Of a stretch of DNA of 62,433 nt, positions 11,840-23,395 are shown piece after piece. The notes beneath the pieces were generated by a model, which was given only the letters and a program-made list of their open reading frames with translations, was not told where the DNA came from and did not search any database. The DNA comes from Burkholderiaceae bacterium (GTDB taxonomy: Bacteria > Pseudomonadota > Gammaproteobacteria > Burkholderiales > Burkholderiaceae): NCBI GenBank assembly GCA_009924985.1, contig RFQL01000001.1, positions 1 through 62,433 on the forward strand, in the 5' to 3' direction. The position numbers and the translations under genes are program-made. The number at the start of each line of letters is the position of its first letter. The first letter of the stretch is position 1.

Positions 11840-11945
11840 ATAAAAGCTTATTTTAGTAGACCTTCGTCATTTGCGTGAGTTTGGTCTAATACACAATCCT
11901 GAATCAATTGAAGGACTTAAGTACTATCCATGGTACGCTTTGAGC

Positions 11946-13466
11946 ATGAAAAGTAATTATTTAAAGCGAATTTTAAGTGCTAAGGTCTATGACTTAGCTC
12001 GAGAGACAGAACTTGAGAAGGCGCACAATCTTAGTGCCCGCTTCCACAACTCCATTCTCTTAAAGCGTGAAGATAACCAAGCGGTCTTCTCGTTCAAGCT
12101 ACGGGGTGCCTATAACAAAATGGCACAACTGAGCCCAGCACTATTAAAAAAGGGGGTCATTGCCGCCTCGGCAGGCAATCATGCACAAGGTGTCGCCCTT
12201 GCTGCTGCAAAATTAAAGTGCAAAGCAGTCATCGTCATGCCGGTCACCACTCCACTAGTAAAAATTGATGCTGTAAAGGCACATGGGAAAAAATGGGTGG
12301 AGCTCATTCTATTTGGAGATTCGTATAGCGATGCCTATGCGCATGCGCAAACACTTCAAACTAAAAAGGGGTATACATTTATTCATCCCTTTGATGATCC
12401 CGATGTAATTGCCGGCCAAGGAACCATTGGCCAAGAAATTTTGCAGCAACACCCCGAACCGATTGATGCAGTTTTTATCGCCATTGGTGGTGGCGGATTA
12501 ATTGCAGGTGTAGGCGAATATATCAAAGCAGTTCGTCCTAATATTAAAGTGATTGGTGTTCAAACTGTAGACTCCGATGCAATGAGACAGTCGCTTGCTG
12601 CTGGTAAACGAATTGAGCTAAAAGAAGTTGGTTTGTTTTCAGATGGCACCGCAGTCAAACTTGTTGGTAAGGAAACCTTTAAGATTTGTCAGCGTGTTGT
12701 TGATGACATTGTGTTAGTTGATACCGATGAAATCTGTGCCGCTATCAATGATGTATTTACGGACACTCGGAGTATTTTGGAGCCTGCTGGTGCACTCGCG
12801 ATTGCGGGTGTAAAAAAATATATTGAGAAATATCGTCTTAAAAATAAAACGTTTGTAGCAATTGCTTGCGGTGCCAACATGAACTTTAGTCGCCTGCGCT
12901 TTGTGGCTGAACGTGCGGATGTGGGTGAGTTTCGAGAGGCAGTGTTTGCAATCACAATTCCTGAAGAACGTGGCTCCTTTAAAGCCTTTTGCAAAATGCT
13001 GGGTAAGCGCAATGTCACGGAATTCAATTACCGAATCGCGCATCAAGATAAGGCGCATATTTTTGTAGGCATTTCTACACAAAAAGCGGGAGATAACAAA
13101 TCGATTGCACAAGCTTTTCGTAAGGCGGGCTTTGCTACTATTGATCTTAGTCATGATGAACTTGCAAAAGCACATCTACGTCATATGGTGGGCGGTAGCT
13201 CTCCACTCGCCCAAGATGAGCTTCTCTATCGTTTTGAATTTCCAGAACGTCCCGGGGCGTTAATGCGTTTCTTAGATTGTCTTGCGCCCAACTGGAATAT
13301 TAGTCTTTTTCATTACCGTAACCACGGGGCTGATTACGGACGAATTCTGGTTGGCATTCAGGTTCCAAAGAATGACCAGCAGGCTTTCAAGCATTTCTTA
13401 AAAACCTTGGGCTACCCCCATTGGGATGAAAGCAATAACCCAGCATACCGATTGTTTCTCAAATAA
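11946..13466 (+). CDS. ilvA: Biosynthetic threonine ammonia-lyase
   Basis: LKRED..VFSFKLRGAYN (PLP lysine), SAGNHAQG and C-terminal regulatory domains (FEFPERPGAL); ATG 11946 preferred over TTG 11871. Confidence 0.97.
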   Translation: MKSNYLKRILSAKVYDLARETELEKAHNLSARFHNSILLKREDNQAVFSFKLRGAYNKMAQLSPALLKKGVIAASAGNHAQGVALAAAKLKCKAVIVMPVTTPLVKIDAVKAHGKKWVELILFGDSYSDAYAHAQTLQTKKGYTFIHPFDDPDVIAGQGTIGQEILQQHPEPIDAVFIAIGGGGLIAGVGEYIKAVRPNIKVIGVQTVDSDAMRQSLAAGKRIELKEVGLFSDGTAVKLVGKETFKICQRVVDDIVLVDTDEICAAINDVFTDTRSILEPAGALAIAGVKKYIEKYRLKNKTFVAIACGANMNFSRLRFVAERADVGEFREAVFAITIPEERGSFKAFCKMLGKRNVTEFNYRIAHQDKAHIFVGISTQKAGDNKSIAQAFRKAGFATIDLSHDELAKAHLRHMVGGSSPLAQDELLYRFEFPERPGALMRFLDCLAPNWNISLFHYRNHGADYGRILVGIQVPKNDQQAFKHFLKTLGYPHWDESNNPAYRLFLK

Positions 13467-13467
13467 T

Positions 13468-14379
13468 ATGTCCTATACGCTCGATGGCAAATTAGTAGTT
13501 GCGATCTCCTCAAGAGCGTTATTTGATTTTGAAGAAGAAAATCGACTGTTTGAGGATAGCGACGATAGCGCATACATGAAATTACAGCTCGAGCGCATAG
13601 CAATTCCCGCTCAGACTGGGGTTGCCTTTCCTCTAGTCAAAAAACTATTACGCTTTAATCAAGATAAGCAACGGGTTGAAGTCGTCATCCTCTCGCGCAA
13701 TGATCCGGTAAGTGGCTTACGGGTCTTTCGTTCTTCCAAACATCACGGTCTTGATATTGAGCGTGGCGTATTCACGCGCGGTAGACCTCCATACCATTAT
13801 CTCAAGTCCTTACAGGCTAATTTATTTCTTTCTGCGAACGAAGAAGATGTGCGCGCTACCTTGGCTGCCGGATTTCCTGCGGCGCGTGTCTATCCAGAAT
13901 CAAGTAAAGCGGCTGAGCACAACCCCAATGAAATCCGTATCGCCTTTGACGGTGATGCAGTTTTGTTCTCCGATGAGGCCGAACAGGTTTTCCAAGATCA
14001 AGGATTACAGGCATTTGTTGCGCACGAAAGTAAAAATGTTTCTATCCCGCTTCCGCCTGGTCCATTTAAACCATTATTAGCAGCACTGCATCAATTACAA
14101 AATGAAGCGGCATCTAGTGAGATGCGAATTCGTACCGCATTGGTAACGGCACGTTCTGCACCCGCCCATGAACGGGCAATTCGCACGTTGATGGACTGGG
14201 GAATTGGGGTTGATGAGGCTATGTTCTTAGGTGGGTTGTCTAAACGTGAGTTCTTAAAAGAGTTTGAACCCGATTTTTTCTTTGATGACCAAACGGGTCA
14301 TTGCAATGCAGCCTCTAGTGTTGCCCCAACGGGTCATGTGATCTCAGGGGTTGCTAATAGTGGACGGCCTAAACCTTAG
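13468..14379 (+). CDS. 5'-nucleotidase (cytosolic HAD-like family)
   Basis: LVVAISSRALFD, IRIAFDGDAVLFSDE, VTARSAPAHER and FFDDQ motifs; ATG 13468 just after the ilvA stop. Confidence 0.88.
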   Translation: MSYTLDGKLVVAISSRALFDFEEENRLFEDSDDSAYMKLQLERIAIPAQTGVAFPLVKKLLRFNQDKQRVEVVILSRNDPVSGLRVFRSSKHHGLDIERGVFTRGRPPYHYLKSLQANLFLSANEEDVRATLAAGFPAARVYPESSKAAEHNPNEIRIAFDGDAVLFSDEAEQVFQDQGLQAFVAHESKNVSIPLPPGPFKPLLAALHQLQNEAASSEMRIRTALVTARSAPAHERAIRTLMDWGIGVDEAMFLGGLSKREFLKEFEPDFFFDDQTGHCNAASSVAPTGHVISGVANSGRPKP

Positions 14380-14390
14380 ATAAGCGACAT

Positions 14391-15230
14391 ATGACTGAAT
14401 TCGTTCTTGGGCAACAAAGCGCCTACCCCACCCATTACGACCCCAACTTGCTCTTTCCGATTGCTCGCGCAAAGAATCGGGCTAGCTTAGGAGTTAATAA
14501 TATATCTAGCCCCCCCTTCTTTGGAGTTGATCTTTGGAATGCGTATGAACTCGCTTGGCTGAATCTCAAAGGTAAGCCACAAATTGCTTTAGCAGAATTT
14601 ATCATTCCAGCTGATTCTCCCAATATGATTGAGTCCAAATCTTTTAAGCTCTATCTGAATAGTCTGAACCAACATTGTTTTGCTAATTTTACTGCCGTAA
14701 AAACGTGCTTACAGCATGACCTTTCTCAGGTCTTGGGAACCGGCCTACAAGTGAGATTAATTCAGCCCTGTGAAATCACTTCAAATAAAAAGATGGCTCC
14801 TATTGAAGAGTTAGATGGTCAATTATTAGATCGGCTTGATATTGAAGTAAATAGCCATCAGAATGCAGATCCGCTGTTACTGAAAGCGGATCATACATCT
14901 GCCCCCATTACCCAAACACTAGTATCTCACCTACTTAAATCAAACTGTCCAGTTACCGGTCAGCCTGACTGGGCCAGCGTACAAATTCAGTATCAAGGAA
15001 GGCCGATTGACGAAGAGGGTTTACTACGCTATTTGATTGGCTTTCGCCAACTTGGTGAATTTCATGAGCACTGCGTAGAAAAAATTTTCTGCGACATCAA
15101 AATACAGTGTCAGCCTGAAAAATTATCGGTGTATGCCCGTTACACACGCCGTGGTGGCTTGGATATAAATCCATTTCGAACCGATTTCAATGCTGCCTGG
15201 CCTAACAACATTCGTCATGCCAGGCAGTAA
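14391..15230 (+). CDS. queF: NADPH-dependent 7-cyano-7-deazaguanine reductase (two-T-fold type)
   Basis: IESKSFKLYLNS, LLKSNCPVTGQPDWA, EFHEHCVE and YTRRGGLDINP motifs. Confidence 0.96.
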   Translation: MTEFVLGQQSAYPTHYDPNLLFPIARAKNRASLGVNNISSPPFFGVDLWNAYELAWLNLKGKPQIALAEFIIPADSPNMIESKSFKLYLNSLNQHCFANFTAVKTCLQHDLSQVLGTGLQVRLIQPCEITSNKKMAPIEELDGQLLDRLDIEVNSHQNADPLLLKADHTSAPITQTLVSHLLKSNCPVTGQPDWASVQIQYQGRPIDEEGLLRYLIGFRQLGEFHEHCVEKIFCDIKIQCQPEKLSVYARYTRRGGLDINPFRTDFNAAWPNNIRHARQ

Positions 15231-15240
15231 ATCCAAATTC

Positions 15241-15687
15241 CTAGAAAGGAATATCGTCGTCCATAGCACCAAGCCCTACAGGGGCCTGGTTAGAACTACT
15301 GTCAGAGGGCTTTGAACGAGAGCTTGGTTCACCAGCATCCCCTGAGCCAGCCATCCGGGCTCCAAGCATTTGCATGCTATCAGCGATGATCTCGGTTGAA
15401 TATTTTTCTTGCCCACTTTGATCCGTCCACTTGCGCGTACGTAATCGTCCCTCGACATATACCTGCGAACCCTTTTTGAGATATTGGCCAGCAATTTCGG
15501 CCAGCTTGCCAAAGAAGGCGATACGATGCCATTCAGTGTTTTCTTTCATCTCACCCGTCTGCTTATCTTTATAGCGGTCTGAGGTAGCAACAGAAATATT
15601 AGTGACCGCGTCACCGCTTGGCATATAACGCGTTTCTGGGTCGCGCCCAACGTTACCAACGATGATCACTTTATTGACTGAAGCCAT
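15241..15687 (-). CDS. ssb: Single-stranded DNA-binding protein
   Basis: [23 protein letters not shown] and acidic tip DDDIPF; ATG 15687. Confidence 0.98.
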   Translation of the reverse strand: MASVNKVIIVGNVGRDPETRYMPSGDAVTNISVATSDRYKDKQTGEMKENTEWHRIAFFGKLAEIAGQYLKKGSQVYVEGRLRTRKWTDQSGQEKYSTEIIADSMQMLGARMAGSGDAGEPSSRSKPSDSSSNQAPVGLGAMDDDIPF

Positions 15688-15728
15688 TTTGTCTCCCGAA
15701 GTTAAGTAAATAAAAAGTGTGGCTAAAG

Positions 15729-16892
15729 CTACGCTGCTGTTTGCGCAGATGGAATATTGCGCATAGGCCATGCAATTATAAGCCAGAGAATAATCAGAAT
15801 ACTGCCGCCAATAAATACCGATAACTCGCCGGAGTATTGCATTAGCAGGCCACCAACTGCAGCGCCTGTAAATAGGCCCACCGACTGTGTTGTGTTGTAG
15901 ATTCCGAGCGCCGCTCCCTTTTCATCCTTAGCCCAACGCGACACCATGGATGGCTGTAGGGCTTCGAGTAAATTAAAACCAACAAAGTAAATTAACAAAG
16001 CAAGTACGATCATCATCAGAGTATGTGCTTGAAAAAAGAGTATCTGTGACACCAAAAGAATAGCTACGGATACCAGTAAAACACGACGCCACTGTTTCTT
16101 TTTCTCTCCATAAATAATTCCTGGAAGCATCAAGAAAAAGGAGGTAACGACTACCGGAAAATAAACTTTCCAATGGTCATCCAATGGTAATCCTGCATCG
16201 ACTAGCAATCTTGGAACTACGAGGAACATTGCTACTTGTGTAGCATTCAACACAAAAACGCCAACATTCAAACGCATCAACTCAGGGCGAAAAAATATTT
16301 GTCGTAGAGGTTGCTGTGCTACTCGTATTTGCTTGGGCGGACTGGGTACCAATAACCATGCCACCAAAAATCCAATGAGCCCAAGTCCTGCTAGTAATAA
16401 AAACATACCATCAAGCCCAATCGCTCGATAAATAGGCGTGGCAATGACCAAGGACAGGGCGAATGACAATCCAATACTGCCGCCCACGATGGCCATCGCA
16501 GCGGTCCTCACCTGATCGCGTGTTAAATCAGCCACCCAGGCTGATACAGCGGCAGATATTGCCCCAGCCCCCATTAGTCCTCGACCGATTGCAATCCACA
16601 GTAAATCATCCCGACTAGCTGCTATTAAGGCTCCAGCAATAAATAAGCTAAGGCCCCATAAAACGACTGGTTTGCGACCAATTCGATCGGATAAGGTCCC
16701 CAATGGAATATGAAAAAAAGCCTGCACGATATTGAAAATACCAAGCGCTAGGCCTACCCAAAGGGCGTTTTGCCCCCCGGGTAAATCCCGAGCATGCAGG
16801 GAAAAAACGGGTAAGAGCAGGAATAGGCCCAGCATCCGCAAGCCAAAGATGCCAGCAAGAGCTAGGGTTGAGCGAAGTTCGGAAGAGTTCAT
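15729..16892 (-). CDS. MFS transporter (YajR-like)
   Basis: About 12 hydrophobic segments, motif [24 protein letters not shown]; typical position between uvrA and ssb. Confidence 0.88.
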   Translation of the reverse strand: MNSSELRSTLALAGIFGLRMLGLFLLLPVFSLHARDLPGGQNALWVGLALGIFNIVQAFFHIPLGTLSDRIGRKPVVLWGLSLFIAGALIAASRDDLLWIAIGRGLMGAGAISAAVSAWVADLTRDQVRTAAMAIVGGSIGLSFALSLVIATPIYRAIGLDGMFLLLAGLGLIGFLVAWLLVPSPPKQIRVAQQPLRQIFFRPELMRLNVGVFVLNATQVAMFLVVPRLLVDAGLPLDDHWKVYFPVVVTSFFLMLPGIIYGEKKKQWRRVLLVSVAILLVSQILFFQAHTLMMIVLALLIYFVGFNLLEALQPSMVSRWAKDEKGAALGIYNTTQSVGLFTGAAVGGLLMQYSGELSVFIGGSILIILWLIIAWPMRNIPSAQTAA

Positions 16893-16929
16893 TAGAAAAG
16901 GCTATATTAACAAGTTACGCTAAAAAATC

Positions 16930-19845
16930 ATGAACAACGAAATTAAGATCCGCGGTGCCCGCACCCATAACCTAAAAAACATTAATCTCGATATCCCGCG
17001 CGAGAAGCTGGTGGTGCTTACTGGCTTATCAGGATCAGGCAAAAGCTCCCTTGCTTTTGATACTCTTTATGCTGAAGGACAACGGCGTTATGTGGAGTCT
17101 CTTTCTGCCTATGCAAGGCAGTTTTTGCAGTTAATGGAAAAACCGGACGTTGATGTGATTGAGGGATTATCCCCAGCAATCTCAATCGAGCAAAAAGCAA
17201 CTAGTCACAATCCGCGGTCGACTGTTGGTACGGTTACTGAAATTCATGATTACTTACGCTTGTTATTTGCCCGCGCAGGTACGCCCTACTGCCCTGATCA
17301 TGAGCTTCCCCTGGAAGCTCAAAGCGTTTCCCAAATGGTTGATACCGTCTTGGCGATGCCCGAAGACAGTAAGTTAATGATCTTAGCTCCCGCTGTCAGT
17401 GAGCGCAAAGGAGAATTTGTCGATTTATTTGAAACCCTACAGGCTCAGGGTTTTGTGCGTTTTCGGGTTCGTTCAGGCGGAGGCACAAGCAACGCAGCCA
17501 AAGCAGAAATTTTTGAGTCTGATCGCCTACCTCAGCTCAAGAAAAACGATAAACACTCCATCGAGGTGGTGGTTGACCGAATTCGGGTCAAAGCAGACAT
17601 TGGGCAACGCCTTGCCGAATCCTTCGAAACGGCACTTCGCCTTGCGGATGGCAAAGCAATGATCGTAAATATGGATACTGGTCAAGAAACGATATTTTCG
17701 AGTAAGTTTGCCTGTCCCATTTGCTCCTACTCACTGCAAGAACTAGAACCTCGCCTATTCTCGTTTAACAATCCAATGGGTGCTTGCCCAAGCTGTGATG
17801 GTCTTGGGCATATTTCCTTTTTTGATCCTAAGCGCGTCGTAGCTCACCCTGATTTATCACTCGCATCGGGTGCCATTAAAGGCTGGGATCGACGGAATCA
17901 GTTTTATTTCAAGCTTTTGCAAACTCTAGCCAAGCATGGTGGGTTTGATCTTGAAAAACCGTTTGAGAAACTTTCCAAAAAAGCCCAAGATCTTATTTTG
18001 TATGGCTCAGGGGAAGACACCATTCCCTTTGAGTACCTCAATGAAAAAGGTCGCTCGGTGGTTCGTGAGCACTCGTTTGAGGGGATCTTGGCTAATTTTG
18101 AACGTCGTTATCGGGAAACTGATTCTGCAGCAGTTCGTGAAGAACTGGCACGTTACCAAAATATCCGCTCCTGTCCCGATTGCAAGGGAACGCGCCTCCG
18201 TAAGGAAGCTCGCTTCGTTAAAGTTGGCGACAATCAACAAGCCCGTGCTATCTATGAAATTAGCGCTATGCCATTACGTGAAGCGCAAAACTATTTTGCT
18301 GACCTTAACCTCAAAGGCTCTAAGCGTGAAATCGCCGACAAAATTGTTAAAGAAATTGGCTCTCGACTGCGTTTTCTAAACGATGTGGGCTTAGATTATT
18401 TATCGCTTGAGCGCAGTGCTGATACCCTTTCAGGGGGTGAAGCCCAACGCATTCGCTTGGCCTCACAAATTGGCTCTGGACTTACCGGCGTGATGTATGT
18501 CTTGGATGAGCCGTCGATTGGTTTACATCAACGCGACAATGATCGTCTCATTGCAACCCTCAAGCACTTGCGTGATTTGGGTAATAGTGTTTTGGTTGTT
18601 GAGCATGATGAAGATATGATTCGAGCTTCTGACTATGTGATTGATATTGGTCCAGGCGCTGGAGTTCATGGTGGAGAAATTGTTGCCACCGGTACTCCAA
18701 CCGAGGTTGAAAATAATCCAAACTCCCTAACGGGAGCCTATTTATCGGGACTAGAAAAAATTTCTGTTCCTGAGCAACGCATTAAAAACGATGGTCGTTA
18801 CTTAAGCATCCTTGGCGCAACGGGTAATAATTTACAGAAAGTCGATGCTCACATTCCTGTAGGTTTGCTGACCTGTGTAACCGGTGTATCGGGCTCTGGT
18901 AAATCGACCCTCATTAATGACACCTTATTTCATGCGGTTGCTCAACACTTGTATGGATCCAGTGCGGAACCTGCGCCTCATGAACGAATTGACGGAATCG
19001 AGTTCTTTGATAAGGTGATTAATGTCGATCAATCCCCAATTGGCCGTACACCACGCTCAAATCCAGCAACCTATACCGGCGTATTCACACCAATCCGCGA
19101 GTTGTTCGCAGGCGTGCCCGCTGCCCGCGAACGTGGTTATGAAGCAGGGCGTTTCTCCTTTAACGTTAAAGGTGGTCGATGCGAAACCTGTGAGGGTGAT
19201 GGAGTTCTTAAAGTAGAAATGCATTTTTTACCAGATGTGTATGTTCCCTGCGATGTGTGCCATGGTAAGCGCTATAACCGCGAGACTTTAGATATTCGTT
19301 ACAAAGGTAAAAATATTCATGAGGTTTTAGCAATGACCATCGAACAGGCACACGAGTTCTTCGAGGCGGTGCCTGTTGTTAAACGTAAACTCAAAACCCT
19401 ACTCGATGTTGGCTTGGGATATGTATGTCTCGGACAAAGCGCAACTACGCTATCGGGTGGCGAAGCGCAACGCGTCAAGCTATCACTTGAATTATCGAAG
19501 CGTGATACTGGACGAACTCTTTATATCTTGGATGAACCGACAACTGGCCTTCACTTTCATGACATTAAATTACTGTTAGGCGTTATTCATACACTCAAAA
19601 AACAGGGTAATACGGTGGTCATTATTGAGCACAACTTAGACGTTATTAAAACTGCCGATTGGTTGATTGACCTTGGTCCAAACGGAGGTGCAGGCGGTGG
19701 CCAAATTATTGCCACAGGCACGCCGGAGGAGGTAGCTGAAAATCCTGCAAGTTTTACTGGTAAGTATCTGAAACCTCTTTTGAAAACAAAATCCTCCTTG
19801 CCCACGAAGAAGAAAAAAGCCCTAGAGCAGGCGAGCCTCAGCTAA
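16930..19845 (+). CDS. uvrA: Excinuclease ABC subunit A
   Basis: GARTHNLKN, two Walker A motifs ([18 protein letters not shown]), zinc-finger Cys pairs, LSGGEAQR twice. Confidence 0.99.
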   Translation: MNNEIKIRGARTHNLKNINLDIPREKLVVLTGLSGSGKSSLAFDTLYAEGQRRYVESLSAYARQFLQLMEKPDVDVIEGLSPAISIEQKATSHNPRSTVGTVTEIHDYLRLLFARAGTPYCPDHELPLEAQSVSQMVDTVLAMPEDSKLMILAPAVSERKGEFVDLFETLQAQGFVRFRVRSGGGTSNAAKAEIFESDRLPQLKKNDKHSIEVVVDRIRVKADIGQRLAESFETALRLADGKAMIVNMDTGQETIFSSKFACPICSYSLQELEPRLFSFNNPMGACPSCDGLGHISFFDPKRVVAHPDLSLASGAIKGWDRRNQFYFKLLQTLAKHGGFDLEKPFEKLSKKAQDLILYGSGEDTIPFEYLNEKGRSVVREHSFEGILANFERRYRETDSAAVREELARYQNIRSCPDCKGTRLRKEARFVKVGDNQQARAIYEISAMPLREAQNYFADLNLKGSKREIADKIVKEIGSRLRFLNDVGLDYLSLERSADTLSGGEAQRIRLASQIGSGLTGVMYVLDEPSIGLHQRDNDRLIATLKHLRDLGNSVLVVEHDEDMIRASDYVIDIGPGAGVHGGEIVATGTPTEVENNPNSLTGAYLSGLEKISVPEQRIKNDGRYLSILGATGNNLQKVDAHIPVGLLTCVTGVSGSGKSTLINDTLFHAVAQHLYGSSAEPAPHERIDGIEFFDKVINVDQSPIGRTPRSNPATYTGVFTPIRELFAGVPAARERGYEAGRFSFNVKGGRCETCEGDGVLKVEMHFLPDVYVPCDVCHGKRYNRETLDIRYKGKNIHEVLAMTIEQAHEFFEAVPVVKRKLKTLLDVGLGYVCLGQSATTLSGGEAQRVKLSLELSKRDTGRTLYILDEPTTGLHFHDIKLLLGVIHTLKKQGNTVVIIEHNLDVIKTADWLIDLGPNGGAGGGQIIATGTPEEVAENPASFTGKYLKPLLKTKSSLPTKKKKALEQASLS

Positions 19846-21804
19846 ATCGATTGATTCTGGGCTGCCAGATAAAACTACGATATCGCCTTGCTGTAAAACT
19901 AGTTTTTGATCAAGCTCTAACTTAACGTACTCGGCATCGGTTGATTTTCTACGAACTGCTTGAATGTTTACTCCGTCCTCTTCGAGTGCAAGCTCATAAA
20001 GTGTCTTACCAATTGCTTTCGCTCCCTCTTGCACAGGTATCGAATGAAGATGCCAAGATTGATTAGCGCTTACCTCATCGTCCTCGGCACCTCTAAAATA
20101 TCCACGCAATAGTCCATACCGCTGCTCTCGAGCGTCTGTAACTCGACGCACTACCTTGCGCATAGAAACGCCCATAATCAATAAAACATGGGAGGCCAAC
20201 ATCAAGCTACCCTCGATCAATTCTGGAATTACTTCGGTTGCCCCGGCACTTTGCAGTTTTTCTAAGTCAGCATCATCGCGTGTTCGTACCAATACAGTCA
20301 TACCAGGCTTTAAATGCTCTACCAGACGCAAGATCTTTAAGCTATGGGGAGTATCTGCAAACGATATGACCAATGCTTTTGCCCGTGATAATCCGGCTGC
20401 AACTAAAACATTCTCACGCGTTGCGTCTCCATAGACTACATGACTACCACCTGCCACAGCATCGGCAATTCGGTCCGGGTCTAAGTCAAGGGCTAAGTAC
20501 GAAATGTTCTCTTGGTCAAGCATTTTGGCAAGCGCCTGTCCTGAGCGTCCAAAACCACAAATAATGACATGGTCTTTATTGCGCACGCTCTTTGTCGCCA
20601 CCTTTGTTAGCGCAAGCGACTGTAAAAGCCATTCATTGCTTGCAAAACGAAGTGCAATTTGATCGCTGTATTGAATTAAAAATGGGGCGACCAGCATAGA
20701 AAGCAACATGGCGGCCAGCACAGCTTGACTAAAAGCGGGATCAACCAAATGTAAGCCATCAATTTGAGTTAACAAGACAAAGCCAAACTCACCCGCTTGC
20801 GCTAAGCACAAACCCGTCCGGATCGAAATACCGGGGCTCGCACCAAATCTACGCGTCAGGATAGCAATTAATCCAAACTTGAACACCAAGGGCAGAATAA
20901 ATAACAGTAGCACTAGAAACCATTGTTCATAAATGACTATGGGGTCAAGCAGCATGCCGATCGTAATAAAAAATAAGCCTAGCAATACATCACGAAATGG
21001 CTTGATATCATCCTCAACCTCATGACGATACGGCGTCTCCGAGATCAACATTCCTGCTAAAAATGCTCCTAGTGCCATGGATAAACCAAAATGCTCGGTT
21101 AATGCAGACATGCCCAGCACGATTAATAGCAAATTAAGCATGAAGAGTTCTTGCGAGCGATACCCAGCCACAAACTTAAACCACCGACTCATGATGTTTT
21201 GGCCAATGTAAAAAATCAGTACTAGCGCTAAGGAAATTTTGACCAATGCAAAGGCAATATCTACAACGAGATCTTTACCGCTTTGTGCTAGGGAGGGAAT
21301 CAGGATGAGAAGAAAAACAACTGCAAGATCCTGAAACAAAAGAATACCTATAACATTTCGGCCTTGTTCAGTTTCCAACTCCATCCTATCTGACAAGATT
21401 TTTGTCACGATCGCAGTCGATGACATCGATAAGGCGCCTCCTAAAGCAAGAGCCGCTTGCCACGTCATGGGATAAATCCAAGCAATCATCAAACCAATAG
21501 GTATTGTTAAAACGATTGTCAATATGACTTGGCTTGCTCCAAGCCCAAAAACAATCTTACGCATCGAGCGTAATTTATGAATATTGAACTCGAGGCCAAT
21601 GGAAAACATCAAAAAAACAACTCCGAACTCCGCGAGATACTTGACAGTTTCTGAATCAGAGGCAAGCCCTAAAGCATGGGGCCCAATTAAAACCCCGGCG
21701 GCCAAATAGCCCAAAATAGGGGGCAGGCCAAAATAGCGGAAAATAAGCACTCCCGCCACGCCAGAGGCTAACAAAAAGAGGGTTAATTGAAGGACGCTCG
21801 GCAT
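19822..21804 (-). CDS. CPA2 family monovalent cation:proton antiporter with TrkA-N/TrkA-C domains (Kef-like)
   Basis: [38 protein letters not shown] and RCK motif ICGFGRSG. Confidence 0.9.
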   Translation of the reverse strand: MPSVLQLTLFLLASGVAGVLIFRYFGLPPILGYLAAGVLIGPHALGLASDSETVKYLAEFGVVFLMFSIGLEFNIHKLRSMRKIVFGLGASQVILTIVLTIPIGLMIAWIYPMTWQAALALGGALSMSSTAIVTKILSDRMELETEQGRNVIGILLFQDLAVVFLLILIPSLAQSGKDLVVDIAFALVKISLALVLIFYIGQNIMSRWFKFVAGYRSQELFMLNLLLIVLGMSALTEHFGLSMALGAFLAGMLISETPYRHEVEDDIKPFRDVLLGLFFITIGMLLDPIVIYEQWFLVLLLFILPLVFKFGLIAILTRRFGASPGISIRTGLCLAQAGEFGFVLLTQIDGLHLVDPAFSQAVLAAMLLSMLVAPFLIQYSDQIALRFASNEWLLQSLALTKVATKSVRNKDHVIICGFGRSGQALAKMLDQENISYLALDLDPDRIADAVAGGSHVVYGDATRENVLVAAGLSRAKALVISFADTPHSLKILRLVEHLKPGMTVLVRTRDDADLEKLQSAGATEVIPELIEGSLMLASHVLLIMGVSMRKVVRRVTDAREQRYGLLRGYFRGAEDDEVSANQSWHLHSIPVQEGAKAIGKTLYELALEEDGVNIQAVRRKSTDAEYVKLELDQKLVLQQGDIVVLSGSPESIDLAEARLL

Positions 21805-21815
21805 ATACTTACTCC

Positions 21816-22805
21816 ATGATAGCTAAGAACCCACGTGCGCTTGAGCTAGCGTGCGATACCCTTGACATTGAAGCGGATGCTTTACGGAAAATGCGCGATC
21901 GCCTTGCAAAAACAGGTGGCGATGCCCTTGTTTTATCGATCACCCTCCTCGAACAATGCCGTGGGCGCATCGTGGTCTCGGGAATCGGCAAGTCGGGTCA
22001 TATTGCCCGCAAAATTGCTGCGACCTTTGCATCGACTGGTTCGCCCGCTTTCTTTGTCCATCCCGCCGAAGCTAGTCATGGTGATTTAGGTATGGTGACG
22101 CGGGATGATGTATTTGTCGCCATCTCAAATTCTGGTGAAACTGAGGAATTGCTCACCATTGTTCCCATCATAAAGCGAACTGGTGCCAAACTCATTGCCC
22201 TAACCGGCGAACCAGGCTCATCGCTCGCAAAATTAGCAGATGCACATTTAGATGTCAGCGTCGATAAGGAAGCATGCCCCTTAAATATGGCCCCCACCAC
22301 CAGTACGACCGCTGCTCTTGCGATGGGCGATGCTCTCGCTGTGGCTCTTCTCGACGCGCGGGGTTTTAATGCCCAAGACTTTTTACGATCACACCCTGGC
22401 GGTCGCCTAGGACGCAAATTGTTAATTCACGTCTCTGAGGTGATGCGTGATTTTGCTAACACTCCCAAAGTATCCGAGGACAGTTCCTTTCAGGAGGCTT
22501 TAGCTGAAATGAGTCGGCATAAGATGGGTTTAGTCGTCATCATTGATGCAAGTAAGCGCGTACTTGGTATTTTGACGGATGGGGATTTACGCCGTTTGCT
22601 TGAAAAAGAGATTGATACAAAGACTATTCAACTTGCGAAGATCGTTACCGCAAACCCAAGAACCATTCCACCCGATCTGATTGCCGAAGAGGCTATTGAG
22701 ATGATGGAGCATCACCGCATTAATCACCTTATCGTTGCGGATGGCAATAAAATTCTCTTGGGTGCGTTAAATCTGCATGACTTGTTTGCAGCGAAGGTCA
22801 TTTAA
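21816..22805 (+). CDS. kdsD: Arabinose-5-phosphate isomerase (KpsF/GutQ family)
   Basis: GIGKSGHIARK, HPAEASHGDLG, EACPLNMAPTTST, HPGG motifs and a CBS pair. Confidence 0.95.
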   Translation: MIAKNPRALELACDTLDIEADALRKMRDRLAKTGGDALVLSITLLEQCRGRIVVSGIGKSGHIARKIAATFASTGSPAFFVHPAEASHGDLGMVTRDDVFVAISNSGETEELLTIVPIIKRTGAKLIALTGEPGSSLAKLADAHLDVSVDKEACPLNMAPTTSTTAALAMGDALAVALLDARGFNAQDFLRSHPGGRLGRKLLIHVSEVMRDFANTPKVSEDSSFQEALAEMSRHKMGLVVIIDASKRVLGILTDGDLRRLLEKEIDTKTIQLAKIVTANPRTIPPDLIAEEAIEMMEHHRINHLIVADGNKILLGALNLHDLFAAKVI

Positions 22806-22807
22806 AT

Positions 22808-23395
22808 ATGCCAGTTGCTTTCACTCCTCACACCACTAATCCCTTAAAAGCTCATCCTCAAGCTCTTGAGCGGGCAAGTGCAATAAAGATGTTAGTTCTT
22901 GATGTTGATGGCGTGCTGACGAATGGTCAAGTTTTCTTCGGGCCTGATGGCAAAGAAATGTTAAAAGGTTTTGATATCCAAGATGGTTACGGAATTCAGT
23001 TACTTCAAAGCATTGGCATATCCTGCGCCGTGATTACCGGACGCCATTCAAAAATGGTACTTGCACGGTGTGATGAGCTTCAAATTAAGCATGTGTTTAC
23101 GGGCGTAAAAGATAAAAATACTGCATTAGAAGAGCTTTTAAAACGGATCAATCTTGAAGCGAGTGAGCTTGCTATTATGGGCGATGACTGGCCTGATTTA
23201 GCTATTCTTCTTCGTGCTGGTTTGCGACTTGCTCCAGCCCAGGCCCATCAAGAAGTGTGTCAAATTGCACACTATATTACCCATGCCAAAGGTGGCTATG
23301 GCGCAGTCCGTGAGGTGTGTGATCTAATTTTAAAAGCGCAGGGCCAGTATGATGAACGTTTACTCTCTGCAAAAGGACTGCCTGCATCCTCATGA
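22808..23395 (+). CDS. kdsC: KDO-8-phosphate phosphatase
   Basis: HAD motif LDVDGVLT, GDDWPD and GGYGAVREVCD; follows kdsD. Confidence 0.94.
   Translation: MPVAFTPHTTNPLKAHPQALERASAIKMLVLDVDGVLTNGQVFFGPDGKEMLKGFDIQDGYGIQLLQSIGISCAVITGRHSKMVLARCDELQIKHVFTGVKDKNTALEELLKRINLEASELAIMGDDWPDLAILLRAGLRLAPAQAHQEVCQIAHYITHAKGGYGAVREVCDLILKAQGQYDERLLSAKGLPASS

Noticed and set aside
11860-11930. Possible N-terminal remnant of the deleted oxidoreductase
   Set aside because: Minus-strand translation (VLDQTHANDEGLLK*) has no convincing family motif.
14380-14390. preQ1 riboswitch upstream of queF
   Set aside because: The gap is only 11 nt and no aptamer motif is visible.
16893-16929. LexA box upstream of uvrA
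   Set aside because: No CTGT-N8-ACAG match in the 37-nt intergenic region.
17460-17520. Gly-rich insertion [13 protein letters not shown] in UvrA
   Set aside because: A short loop insertion of a kind I recall in other Burkholderiales UvrA; no sign of an intein or mobile insert.
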